Notes under the pieces: generated by a model
What the model was told of the DNA's origin: nothing
Database searches by the model: none
Seen by the model: only the letters and a program-made list of their open reading frames with translations
Translations under genes and position numbers: made by a program
Assembly (NCBI RefSeq): GCF_037042905.1
Contig: NC_087251.1
Span: forward strand, 23,314,001 to 23,378,000
From: Lytechinus pictus
Taxonomy: Eukaryota
Length of the DNA stretch: 64,000 bases
Direction of reading: 5' to 3'
In this document: positions 40,307 to 53,754 of the stretch, piece after piece
Layout of the letters: every line of letters begins with the position of its first letter
Numbering within the stretch: the first letter of the stretch is position 1

Positions 40307-41000
40307 GTTGTAGATTCTCTTTTGAGAACGAAATGATAAAATTCCTTTTAGGGAATCCCAAGTGGATATGGTATCCGTAAATATGTTCCACGTTTCGGCT
40401 TGAATTCTCCGAGTCTGATTCAATACGAAATTGAAGACCAATAGATTCCTGGCTTCAAAATAGTTTCTCAGGATTCTTCAAATGTTATCTCCTCGTCCCC
40501 ATTTTGGAAAGGATCATCAAAGAACTCTCTCCCTTCATCCAAAGTTTCAGTTACACCCTTAAGAATGACGAACAAAGTATCGATGAGGTTTGCTGGCTTT
40601 CCTGCACGAAAATGGAATCTGATTTTCCTCCCAAAGAAAAGTTTCTTACTAGCCGTCCGTCTATTTACTGGTGATGGGTGGAGTCTATAGGGACTGAGGT
40701 ACTAATCGCTGTCCCTTGATCTATAAGGTGTCCACTTCATCTGATGGCATTGAATCGATCTATCGAATAAAGATATGATTTTCATCAATCTCATTTGATG
40801 AATTGCTGAATTGATTTAGAAATGTTATTTAAATCGGAGTTAAGTTGATCCTCCCCCAACTATCTCATGGATATGATGTGATTCCGATGCGATTTATCCT
40901 CGAGGATGATACGGATAGTAGCCCATGGTTGGATGAATCTTTATAATCACTGTTTACCCACCACTTTACAATCGGACACTGTAGCTATTGTAGAAGATGA
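40307..41000 (-). other. Candidate non-coding first exon (5' UTR) of gremlin; 5' boundary approximate
   Basis: Minus-strand donor CAAC|GTAAGT at 40307/40306, just downstream of a CpG-rich promoter-like block. No in-frame ATG, because a TAA lies 14 codons upstream in the gremlin frame. Inference only. Confidence 0.35.
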
Positions 41001-41450
41001 CACACGCGGAAAAAGGCGCTCTCTACCAAAGAAAAAAGTTTTGTTGGAATGCGTGTGGTGTCCCAAGTGTGATTGGTTACGACTTGCTAGCATAATAATG
41101 ACTTGCGCGCCTCCGTTTCATTACGGAGGCCAACTGCACGCGCCTTCTTTCTTGCTCCCAGCCACCCGATATTTTTGGAATTCCATGACTGGTAGCTATT
41201 TTCTGTGATATAATTAGCAGCGGAGTGAGTTTCGGTGCCAAGTGCAAGAACAGTCGCCGTGGAGTCGGTTGTTATGGTAACGGGAAGGGATGATACCAGT
41301 GCTGGTAGTCTGTCTGACGTCCTATCATATGAGAGTATGGCGACTGAGTGACAGGTCCCCGGCGTATCAGCTCCACTCTCTGGATAAGTTATCAACCAAT
41401 GAGCGGCCGTTCCCATTCCACTTATCCAACAGTTTGAAAACGCTCCAAGA
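41000..41450 (-). promoter_or_regulatory. CpG-rich promoter-like region upstream of gremlin
   Basis: Locally GC/CpG rich. CCAAT boxes at 41071-41076 (gattgg) and near 41396-41400 (ccaat). RFX-like palindrome gttgttatggtaac at 41268-41281. Confidence 0.4.
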
Positions 41451-44029
41451 ATAGTGTTATCGAGGGGGCTTCCTATCGTTCTGCCTGCCCCGATATTAAT
41501 AATGATTCATAAAACTTGCTACATAAAATAGTTCTTTGCCAAGGCAATAGACGGTAACGCGACACACATGGTCGCTTGTGTGAAGTGCATAAAGGATTTG
41601 AACTGGTCTCGCGGCTGCTATGTATTTGTATTGCGGCGCCTGTGATGCATTATTATTCCACGAGTTAGCATGTAGCCGACTGGCCTAGGCTGATAGCCGG
41701 GCACCATACATCTCCCATAGTAGCCACGCTTATCATACTACAACCCTTGAGATGCGACACTGGTAAATATTGACTACCAATTAAAGTTCAACTTGCAAAA
41801 TAGGGGATAAAAACTTCCATCTGAAACAAGACCCAGAAAATAACAATCCAATTGATAAAACCATTTGTTACTTTGATTTCCTCCTTTCACAAAGTAAAGG
41901 CATGTTGTAAACTGTCATTGAGACTATATTTATGATGCCATTGAGCGATGGAAAAGTCATAAAACTATTATGAAGTTTTGAAGAGAAACGTCAGGAGGAC
42001 CAAAGTTTGACAGATAACCCACCTGCTTCATAAAAACACGTTAAAGAATCCACCCCTGCACTGGCGCCACTTTGTGAGCAAGTTTGCTTATAAAGTCATA
42101 ATGATACCAAAACAGGAATGAAGCCAAACTCGTTACCACTATCAAATTACATGAGCAAACAAGACTCTTCCATTATGACTACATGCATTCCCAATTATAT
42201 TCATAATACTACCCATGATCTCAACGATGAATTGGTAATACCCGGTAATTGAACCCCACCAGAATAAGTATTAAAGTCATAAAACATAAAATATTTGTGT
42301 AAAATACTTTTTTCAAACGACAAAAAAAAAAAAAAATGCGTTTAGTTCGATTCGAATGGTATCATTGTATTTTGGTATGCTTTGGCGAGTCCTCTTTTGC
42401 AGTCAGTCGTAATATTTTCATCCATGCAAACGATCCGTCGGAGAATATCGTTTTTCCTTTCCTAATATGTCGACCTTTTTATATCAAACTTGAAACAGCA
42501 AGCACCAAGATTCGGTCCTTTATGCAGTCATTTGGACTTAACATATCAAAAAGAATTCAAAGCTTCTGCACAGTCAATGGAAACATATTAGTTCTCAAGA
42601 ATATTTCACACATCACGTTTTCTGAACACAAGATCAATAATAATATTTCATATTCATCAAAAGTAGTCACTTCAGCTTTATCAGCTGGTCTTAAGGGGGG
42701 CTGCGAAATATGTTATTATTATCATTTTTCCATTCTTAAATGCCGAGTGTTAAAAATGACGTGTTAAAAGTCTTCTGAAGAAAATAAATCTTGGAACCTC
42801 CTAACATGATGACATTTCAGCAGATTGAATTTCTCGTATACAGGCTTCCAAACAAAACTTTCCTCAATTTAATTTGTCCTGAATAAATTATTTTAATCGA
42901 ATTTCTTTTGTAATCATGCACTTAGGAATTATCATTTCACCCATAATTTATGTTCAAAGTTAATCTCTATTTCTTTCAAATATAGTTAAGAGGTAACAAA
43001 TCTATACTAAGTATATTTATCTAACTACTATCACATAATCATACCTCTTGCAGATTAATCTCAAAACTACGGATAAACCTTGAGATTATTCTGAGTGCTT
43101 GAAAATCACTAATCATGCTGATAGCAGTGTTAATTAAATACTCGCGCCAATTTAATCGAGAACAAGGCTTATGAACTATTGCAAATGAAGACATCACTTA
43201 CACCACAATATATGCAAATAGGAACTCATGAATTCGTAAATTCCTGTAGAAAATCAAAGTTAGCATCAACATGGGAGAATGACACAGAGACGAGTCGGTT
43301 TGTTAGATTTAAACAAAAATCAGGAAATTCACGGGATTTATGTCGATATCTTGTTAACTCTCAATATGCGATGAAATTTGTATGGAAGACGCTACTAAAT
43401 TACTGTCAGCAAATTAAATTCATATTGTTCTCCATGAAAAGAATAAGTCCCATACAGACCACATTAATTTAGATCACACTTTAAAAATATGAGGAAATGA
43501 CTTAATCGTTAAATACTCGCCATATCAAACTGAAATCTGATGGAATGAAAAACATAATTGTCAAAACATACATATGTTTATATCCATTTGGTACACCAGC
43601 GTATCGTCACCAACGCACCTGTTTGGCAAGCTCAGAGCTGCTATGAGATGCGTGCCGATTGGTATAGGGCAACGACTTGTATCCTCTTATCGTCTCTTCT
43701 CTGGAGATTCGTTGACGCCATGTTAACTATAAATTGCTGATGAGTACTAGTATCTAGAAAAATACCAACATCAGCATCATACATGATTTGATATATCAAG
43801 AGCTGCAGTGCCGTTATTCATCTGTGTCTACCGATTATTTTCTTTATTTTATTTTTTCTAATCGAGTTAATATCAAATTGTGGTATTAAGGCATTATTGT
43901 CTTTTGTACTTCGTAACAATTTTATTTGTTTCATCCATTCCAAAGGATACTGAAACAACTATCGTTGTCTGTATCACTATTCACCACCAATACCAATGCA
44001 TTCAACAAAAAGAATGTGATCAGTAACAT

Positions 44030-45370
44030 AACGTCCACTGCCATCCCTACCAATATCACACTACCCTTACCGCCATTATTTTCATTAACATCATCACCCA
44101 TGCCGTCCCATTAACATCGGCATCGGCATTACTACTATCACATCAACACGACTCCCGTCACCACCATCGTCACCACTAACCGCCATCACTATCACTTCTT
44201 GCTTCTAGATCACCACCCATCAACATCACCACCATCATTACCAACACCTGAATCACCATCATCACAAGGCCTACTGATACCACAACTCCATCATACCCAT
44301 CACAACCACCCCACCACCACCATCGTCGCTACCAACCACCATCACTATCACTCCTTGCTTCTAGACAATCTATTCCACCAACATCACTACCAACTACTCA
44401 ATAACCACCATCACTACTGATACCTACGCCATCATCCCCATCACCACGACTCCCACTGCCTCCATCGTCACCACTAACCGTCATTACCTCTCGTCATGCT
44501 CGTAGCATCTACATCAACACCTCCATCACCATCACTCCCAGCGTTACCAGCACCTCGATCACCACCATTCATCGCTATCATCCCTATCACCACGACTCCC
44601 ACCACCAGCAGCGTCATCACCATCAACCACCATTCTACTTCTCCAATCATCTCCATCATCACCCTCACCAACATCATGACCAGCACCTAAATCACCATCA
44701 TCTCTACCGATACCGCCACCTCCACCATTTCCATCGATTCACGCCGCCAACATTGTCACCATCAACAAATATCACCAACTCTTCTATCACCACCAGAATC
44801 ATCATTACTAGCACCTCGATTATCCCTATCTCCATGATCCCCACGACCCTCAGTACCACTATCGTCACCACCAGCAACCAACATGTTACCTTCTCCTAGC
44901 TCACCACAGTCACTACCAACACCTCAATCACCATCATGATACCAACTCCATCATCCACATCACCACGACTCCCGCCACAATCATCGTCACCACCAACCAC
45001 CATTACTACCCCTTCTAACATCTCCATTACCACTTCCACCACCATCCATACCACTACCTCAATCACCATCAGCAATACCACCATCTCCCTTATCACCCCC
45101 TCCATGACTCCCACCACGCTGTTTCTCATCGTTCTACATCTTCTGGCATATCCCTCACGACCACCGACACGACCCCCAACCACTACTATCGTCACCACCA
45201 CCAACAACCATCACTGCCTCTCCTAGCATCTCCATCACCAATTCCACCATAATCACTACCGGTACCTCGATCACCATAACCACCACCTTCATCATCCCAT
45301 CACCACTACTCCCACCACTACCATAAGCAGGATCCCTTTTCAAAGTATTATCACCTTCGCTACCACGAGG
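44030..45370. repeat. Degenerate CAC/CAT-rich minisatellite-like region
   Basis: Recurrent acgactccc...accatcgtcaccac and cacctc(g/a)atcaccat motifs with strong C/A strand bias. Confidence 0.85.
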
Positions 45371-48300
45371 TCACCATTTCTATGCATTAATTTCTAGTCA
45401 ACGCAATATCACCAACAACGCAAGGCAATATTTGAATACGAATTGTGTGGAATTGATCGCAAAATCGCAAATCCTAGAAAATAAATTGACTAATTTTATT
45501 TCGATTTCATTCACCTAGAACTGCTGTTTAAAGTTTCGAATTGCAGTGAAAATCAACTTATCATTTGGGATCCTATATTTTGCAGAGGAAAAATAAATGT
45601 TATCATAAATATATTCCATCAGAAAAAATAGCTTCTCTGGGCAAAACTATATGATTTGCTCATTCTATTATATTTTTTCTTTTCAAGCTTAATTTCTTCG
45701 GTGTATGACTCTCAGTCATATTTTCCTGAAAATTACCATTTCCAAGTCCGGAGTCAAAATGGCTTTTTCTTGAGAAGTTCATCAGTGGAGATATCAAAGC
45801 AATAGAAAGAAGAAAGAGGCTGATCCTGTTTCAATCTTGAGTTTGATCTCCTGCAGAGAGCGAAGGACCAAGCGAGATGGCCTGTGGTTACCCTGCCCTC
45901 GTCGACTGGAGGGACTTGACTGCTCAATGGGGCACCTCTATGGCTCCGTGGGCAATTACACGTCGACATAAAACCATCGGGAATTATTTTTGCCAGAAAT
46001 ATGCTTGTTAAGAAACATGATAATTCGAATCGACAGACAGTGGGCAAGTTATACACCGAGCATGGTATCTATTATTGGCCTGGACTTATACAATTAAAAA
46101 GGTTCATTTCCAATCCGTACGAACACATTCCTCATCGAATAGGAAGAGTTTATAGTATTTAACTTATATACATGTGTCATGTTTGTGTTACTTGTATTAA
46201 TTAAATCAAAATTGCAGTCTTAGGCTATCATAATCCCTGATAATCAAGGTTCGTAGAACTTGTATAGGTATCCAAGGATCATTTCAAGGATATTAATACA
46301 ACGCTGACCGAAATGAAATTGCATAATCATTTTAGGTAGGTTTCGGGTTTTGAAACCGAACCCATGGTGTACATAAGAGCTATCATCAGCAATCATCTGC
46401 AACCAATATAAGGCGGCTACTTAGGGTCCATATCCATCACTATGGCTCCTCAACTAGCCGACTGGACTGGAGGAATATTATCTTAAAAGCGCCAGACCTC
46501 TCCTCATATCACTTAAATCGTAGTCATTTACCCAGGGTCTGGTGTATAGGACAGATCTTATCAATCTAATTAATTAAGAATTATATTATCATGGACTCTG
46601 TGTGACCGGTACAGCCAGATCGTGCCCTGGAACTCTGGCATGATGATGTAATATTTCGGTACTTCTATACATCTCAGAGCAATCTCTGCTATGGTGACGC
46701 AAATATTGGTGGTGAGTTCGTCAGGTTAAAAGTTAGTAATAATCCTAAATTCGATGCCCACATAATGCAATTGATTAACCATCTCCGATTCTTTTTTTTT
46801 CTTTGTCGGAATTTAAGAATTACTTGAAACATGACCGATCACTTTAAATAGGTAAATACCACAAGTTTATTTTGTCTTGTTGCTCCTCAAGCTCATAATT
46901 ATTTTTTCATTATATACATCAGTTGAATATCTTGACTTTTGAAATTAAATTCATCTTCAAAATAATGTTTATGAAGGATTATGTCACTCACGTTGCTTTT
47001 TAACCAAGTTTGGGCAATCCAATTCGCGCCTTTCATGTTAGTGCACCTCTTGATACAGAGTTATAGACCATCGTGATAAAAGTTCGGATATTTTGTAAAT
47101 CGAAGCTCCCAAATTGTTCAAATCACTTACGTTCTTGAAATTCTAAACTAGAATGATTTCTTGATGTGATTTTAAGAATTTGTTCTTTTTCTATGTGTCT
47201 TCTATTTTTCTATATATCTGAAAATTTGGCTTCCCAAAAAACTTTTTAACATGTGTAATTAAAAAAAATGATTCGGGTATACCTGCCTTTGGCAAAAATT
47301 TTAGCCTAAACTTCAAGATGATCCGTAAGTATAGAAAAATCTTCTAATATTACTTTTACATATAGGAGCATGTACAAAATACGGTAACAATTGCGTTTTC
47401 TCGAAGTAACAATTTGTGTGCTAGTACATATTTTAGTCAAAGTCTCCATGTATTAATCATTATTACAATCCTGAATGCATGTGGTTAAAAGACCTTTCCA
47501 TTCATCTCATTACGTTTCATGTCAGCAAACTTTGTGAGAATAATTCCCAAGATATAAAAGAACGGATGTCACGGTTACTAACCAAGCTTAACATACCAAA
47601 TACACGACAGCTCGACCAGGGGGTGTATCTTGATTCTAGACAAGTATCTTTGTTTTAATATCACCGGATAACATTTTTTAGCATTCTCCGATTGGGAAAA
47701 TGAGCAATATACAATTGAATAACTTTGCATAGCGTCTTAAAAAAATCCACGTCTTAAAATTATTTTTACGAGATTTTAAAAATTGAATTAAAGGGATTAT
47801 TTTGGTGTAGTTATCGAAATATCCTTTAAATCTTAACACAATTAACACATCGATATTATTCTTGAATTTCTTGGGACATCCATTGTGAAATTTTCTTTTT
47901 GTGTATGTTATTTTCATATCCAATTGAAAATGAAACAGGTGCTTGAATCAGCCTTTTAAACTTCGTTGAAAAAGTCCAACTTCGACATTCGCTCTCAAAC
48001 AGGAAATATATAAATCGCTAACCACCGATTAACATGAAAACTAAATTGTTCGAGATATAACACTTAATAAATCCAACAAATTAACCACAAACTTCCTTCT
48101 CCCGGTATATCATGGATTAGATACCGCATTATTAATCCTTTCCTCTTATTCTTTTATTGAAATAGTTTCGTGGTAAATCTATTTTATCCGTATGACGGCG
48201 ACCCCTGTTGAAGCGTGCGCCCATTCCTGTTCAGTGAATTGTTTTATTAGATTCAACTATCAGCATGACGTCACCAGTGCTGTCTATTTGATTTACTGGG

Positions 48301-51039
48301 AAAAAATACAATGCCTAACGAAATTTTATGAATTTTATCACTGAACTATCACTGCTTGTCCCCATTCTTTGACCTATCCCCCTCTTCCAGTATTAGTTAA
48401 CAAACTAGGAAGTATTCACTGTTCTCTTATTCATTTCAATTGATTTTATGTGTGAAGGTTGTGTAAGAATGTATGATTTTTATTCAACGAAGTAACCCTC
48501 TCCCTCCCCCTCTCTCTCGCTCTGTGTGTGTGTCTCTCTCTCCCTCCTCTCTTTTTCTCTTTCCCGCGCATTCTTATATTGATATGAAGACTTGTTATTT
48601 CCCAATCACATTCGAATCAATGTTCAATCGATGAAAATACGAAAAAGGCACAAAAGCGTATTTGAAAAGCGCTTAGTCATAATCTAACAATCATTTCCAG
48701 GTCCCTCTGATAGGCTGCTTGCTTGTGTTTTTTAGCAGTGATGAATTGAAAAAGAAACACTTATAAACTAAATCCATTATGAATAATATTGATTTATCAT
48801 GCATGAATGTGCAGAGATATCAAGATCAATACGACTGTCCACCATGCTGTTCAATTAACATTTTCACTACTATAGTGGATAGTTCATATCAATCTATTTT
48901 CGGTTGGTAATATTTTATCATCAGAGGATGATTAAATGGTTGAGATCAAGTTTGATTTTTTTTAATGTTGCACCCAACGCTAGCCATTTTATATCCGGTG
49001 TTTCACTATCTTCCTTAGATAGCAGTGATATCAAATTATCATTAATGTAAATATAAAGATGCAGCAGGGAATTTATCATCATTTATTCTTGCTTTTTATC
49101 CAGTAAATTGTTTGGTTTATTCATTTCAAGGTTTCTTTTTTCTTACACCGTCTGTAAAAAAAATACCTGCATCATCATACCAACTCACATGAACGGTAAA
49201 CGGTGATAACCTTTCTTTTTTTGAACGATCTCATTCATACATCATTTAAATGTTCATCGGATACCTGTGGAATTCGAGGAAGAACATTTCGATTGAAATG
49301 TCTGAAAATCAATCAATGCGGATATGACAAACGCTGTAACTCAATAATGTTTAATTCAATCTCTTTTCACTGACCTGCATAACTCTTGAGCTCTGACTCG
49401 TTAAACAGGTCTGATTGAATGGAGGATTGGACGACAAACAATCCACCTCATGAAGATTATCATAGATTCAATTGTTGATGATCCTCTAAATCTGTCTAAA
49501 GAATGTCTTGGACGACTGGTCCGGCTATGCCGAGTCAATTGTTGAGGGGTCCACTCTCCCCTGTTTTGTTTTCTTTTCTTTCTCTCTTCTTATCATTTAT
49601 GAGAATCCTTCCTCTTATCCTTTTTATTTTCTTGACAGTTTGAAGGTTATCGACAGAACAGTCGGACAAAAACACCAGTTGAGATCACGCCACATGGAAT
49701 ACTTCATGGCATAGAGGATTTACTGGATATGGTTTGAATTAATAGGAGATGTCACCGACTGGACAATTAAAAAAAAATACAGTGATACAAAATATAAATG
49801 TTTAACACTGTACATGCTCTATATTATTGCACGTGGCTAGACTCATTAATTTGGAATTCTAGATAAATTCAATTTTCCCGTAATTGATTTTTTTCCTTTA
49901 TCACCAAACCTAGGTAATGCTCCATGATAAAGAACAAGTTCATGAAATATGCGATATATGAGTAACTAAACGAACAATATCAATCAGAAGCTTATATCTG
50001 CATATTCCCAAGACCTTAAATACGATTCAAATGTTATGTGATCTAGATTTCGAACGCGTGTGTGACAGGGTATACTATTCCTTAATAAGCATTCTAATTC
50101 TTATTTATCAAATTCAAACAATCACAATATATCCAGTATATTTCATGAAGTAATTTCAGGTAACGACATACTTCTTAGAAGTTATAAAAAATAAACATCC
50201 CGTGTGCCCGTACATGCTGTACATCAAATTAAAGGGAGGGGGGTAGGGAAACTCGAGAGATATCTCAATCAGCAATATCAATCGTGGTTATATTTTTTCT
50301 TTATTATTATGCTTTCTCGTACAATTTCATTAATTTGTATTTAAATACAAATTGTACGACGAAAACTTAACTTCGTGCACACTTAAAACTACAAGTGTAA
50401 AAGGCAAAATGTCCAGTTACCATGGAAACGCAGAAATTAGACCTAATTTCAATGAACTTTGCAAGGATCAAAATATTTGCAAGGTGTGTAATTCATAGTT
50501 CAAAACCAAGCCGTGATCCTCTTGTTACCAAACACACTTCAATTGATTCAAGATTATAATACTCTGAAAGTAGGCTAATATGTAAGTTCGACGACCTAAT
50601 CCTAGGATAATCCTAAAAATCTTTTTTTTTTCTTCTCCCTTTCCTCCGTCTCTCTTCCTCTCTTTAGTCTTATGAAATGTGTTGTTTGTTTCCGAGGTTT
50701 GCTAAACGCCGCAATGGAGCGAAGAGAGTGACGGCAAACCAAGCTTGGATTTAGACATCAACATGTAAAGCAGTATAAAATGCTCAAATATCATGACATA
50801 ATAGACATGGTAAATATTGGTAAATTCTTGTAAGTTAGTCAGAGTGAGTTGAAACAGATTGAAAACCAAAATTAGTTACTTACATCGTATAAACTCGACA
50901 TCTTAGTACCCAGTTTTCTGAGAGTGATGAGCGATGATGGTAGTATAAGAAAATTGCGAAAGTTTTTGAAGAATGTGGTCATCAGTGAAAGTTTTCGGAA
51001 AATGTGGTTATCAGTGAAAGTGATGGTGAAAACGGGAGG

Positions 51040-51230
51040 GTGATCTATTGTTTCATGGTGGTGATAATGATGGTGGTTGTGACAGTGGTGGTCTTAGTGG
51101 TGGTGGTAGTGGTGATGATGATGATGACGTGACGATGGTGATGACGATGAATAATGGCAATAGTGGGTTTAATAGTGTTAGTGGTGATCACGGCAATGGT
51201 GGTGGGTCTAACAGTGATGACTGAAATGAT
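51040..51230. repeat. Degenerate (GGT/GAT)n tract
   Basis: Direct reading. Confidence 0.8.
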
Positions 51231-51234
51231 AGTG

Positions 51235-51493
51235 TACACTGTAAAAAAAATATTGGGTAAAACTTTTACCACCACGAGGGTAATTATGTGTCCAACCAAC
51301 TTGGGGCAGTATTTTATTCAATGCGGGAAGCATATTGTCCAGTAAGGCTAAAAAATAAGCAGCAATTACTTGAAAATGGGCAAAATTTTCATCACACTGG
51401 ATAAATAAAAATGCCCAAAAGAAGTGACAAATGGTGGTTGGACACATAATTACCCTCATGGAGCACTTTTACCCAATATTATTTTAGAGTGTA
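51235..51493. mobile_element. MITE with long imperfect terminal inverted repeats (TACACT...AGTGTA)
   Basis: tacactgtaaaaaaaatattgggtaaaa...gggtaattatgtgtccaacca is inverted as tggttggacacataattaccc...ttttacccaatattattttagagtgta. Flanked by agtg on both sides. Confidence 0.85.
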
Positions 51494-51903
51494 AGTGGAG
51501 TTAGTGATTATAGGGGGTTGGTAGGAATGATACATGTATTGGTAATGGCAGTCATGATAGTCATCTTAAGATTGTGGTATGGTCTAACGATATACATACA
51601 CCGCTTCATGCTTCACCGAGCATTCAGATGACTTCTCATATTATGACGAGATGCAGATGTATATGAGACTGGAAAATTTATTCTTTAAGAGAAGACTCTA
51701 TAGGAGTTGGTGGGATGCCTGAAACATCCGAGTTCCACTACATCGGAGGATTCGGATAGCATTGAATGTGCACAATTTGCGTTTCACTTTGTTTCCCTTC
51801 ACTTCCATGAACCCATGTACAAAATATGCCGCCGCCCCCCCCCCCCCCTTCCCGGTCCCTGTTCTCGGAAATAGTGGACGCCGTGTTTGAGAGTTTCACT
51901 TAC

Positions 51904-52032
51904 CAGACAGGTCTCTTTCCACACGTTCGTTGATGATTTGGATGACGATAACAAAAGGTCATGGAGAAAACGACCCCGATAATGATCAGTGATGAGGCAC
52001 GGCACCAGCCTTGGAAGTACCACTTATCGTAT
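51904..52032 (-). other. Candidate 129-nt internal exon, in frame with gremlin
   Basis: Minus strand: branch point CTAAC (52065-52061), AG-free pyrimidine tract, TAG acceptor at 52033, donor TG|GTAAGT at 51904/51903. One frame is open throughout and contains an ATG at 51962. Confidence 0.4.
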
Positions 52033-53754
52033 CTAGACAACCAGAGACCAGAGAAGGATGGTTAGGGGCGTTGCTCCTTCTCCATAAATATCAAACAAAT
52101 TAATAGATAATAAGATGTGGATATTCTTTCACAATTTGTCTCTTCGATTTCAATGCGGACCAATCCATGCAATTATTTGCCCATGTCTGTAATTGGGGTG
52201 GGTGATGGAGGGATTGCCACTATTCACCCACACAGCAAAATAAATGAATCTCATTATTAAACAGTTAAATGTTTTATTTCATCAAATCGATTATATTAAG
52301 TTTTGGTGTTTGTAGGTTGTTGAGTGAATTGGCAGTTTAATGTCCTGTCGGGGTGGGGGCTGGTAATGAGAGGAAGTCACTTCTTGTTGCATTGATTTAA
52401 TCTCGAACCCAGGTATCAATATTTCGAGGCCACGGATATATTTGATCATTGAAATTTATTCGATGGTATATTTTCGTAACGTTCCCGAATCAATATATAG
52501 TGTAAAAAGAATTTTTGCAGATCATACCGTCTTTAATTATAAGCTGTTATTCAATACACTTCGTTGTTGAAAATAGATTCTAAAGACACAAAATAGCAAA
52601 GATTGACTCAATACCTTCACAAACCAAGTCAGCGAAGCCATTTCCCAACCATTATAAGATGCTGCCTCCATTTTGTTTTAGTCTGAGTAACTGCGGTCAT
52701 TCACCTTGTCATTATTTTGATTGGACAATCCTTTTCCCCTTTTTTTAGAGTTGAAAAGACATATAATCACATCATGTGCGTGGGTTGATATCCATCTTGC
52801 GATTAAGGTACAAGTAATGTCTGTTTTGACATTTCTTCGAATTATTATTAATCTGAAGCAGTGAACACGATGTCATGAGAGAGACTGATGACCCTCGACA
52901 GATGAAGCGATCTAAGGCAGACCAATTAATTAGGCCAACAATGATTGCATTCCAAGATTTAAATTGAATAATTTACGGAAAGTATTGAACTTCACAATCA
53001 TTTAAATCAGCATAGATTCAGTGCGTTCCCGTTGTTTATCAAAATAAAATTACAACCCCCCCCCCCCCAAAAAAAAAAAATCTACATCGAACAAACTCCA
53101 TTACCTGGTTGCTCAAAATTAATTTACCCCTGCCTTGTGATACAAACGAAAATCACATGGCGATGTGAGTTTCAACACAGAACATAGCCCATGAATATAC
53201 AAGATATCAACATACATGACATAACTCTGTTTGTATTCCTTTATTCGGTGTTACGAAGGGACAGTGACAAATTGGCACGAAATGTGTCAAGTGATCATCA
53301 TCTTTCCAACATTTCCCATCAAATAGAAACAAAGGATATGGCTTGAAAACATGAAAATAGAATTAAGATGCGTCACATTTCCCATGAGCCACCGGCTTAC
53401 AATTTCCTTTTAGTTTTGTAGGAGGGTCATTTTGATTGGTGAACTTAATGAAAGTTGGCCTGTGTTATTGTGATCAGGGCTTGGGTTGATTGGGACTGGT
53501 AGGCTAGACGTCTCGAGCACACAGACAGATTGACAAAACTCATTCCAAAAGGTCAATCAGGGAAAGACCTCAAGCATATGTCATGAGAAAATGACTGTAG
53601 AGAGATCGAGAGAAGGACAGATAAAGGGGTAACGTAAATTACACTGAATGAAGTGTTAAAAGGATGATACGCGAAAAGAAAGAGAGAGCGGATGAGCAGA
53701 AAGAGTTGGTGATATTTTACAGGGAGATGGATAATCCCTACTGAAAAGAACGAA

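Noticed and set aside
44199..45343. Mucin-like Thr/Pro/Ser ORFs
   Set aside because: Fragmented in several frames and derived from a CAC/CAT low-complexity repeat.
50416..50429. RFX X-box gttaccatggaaac
   Set aside because: Single site in a context that looks transposon-derived, with no supporting evidence.
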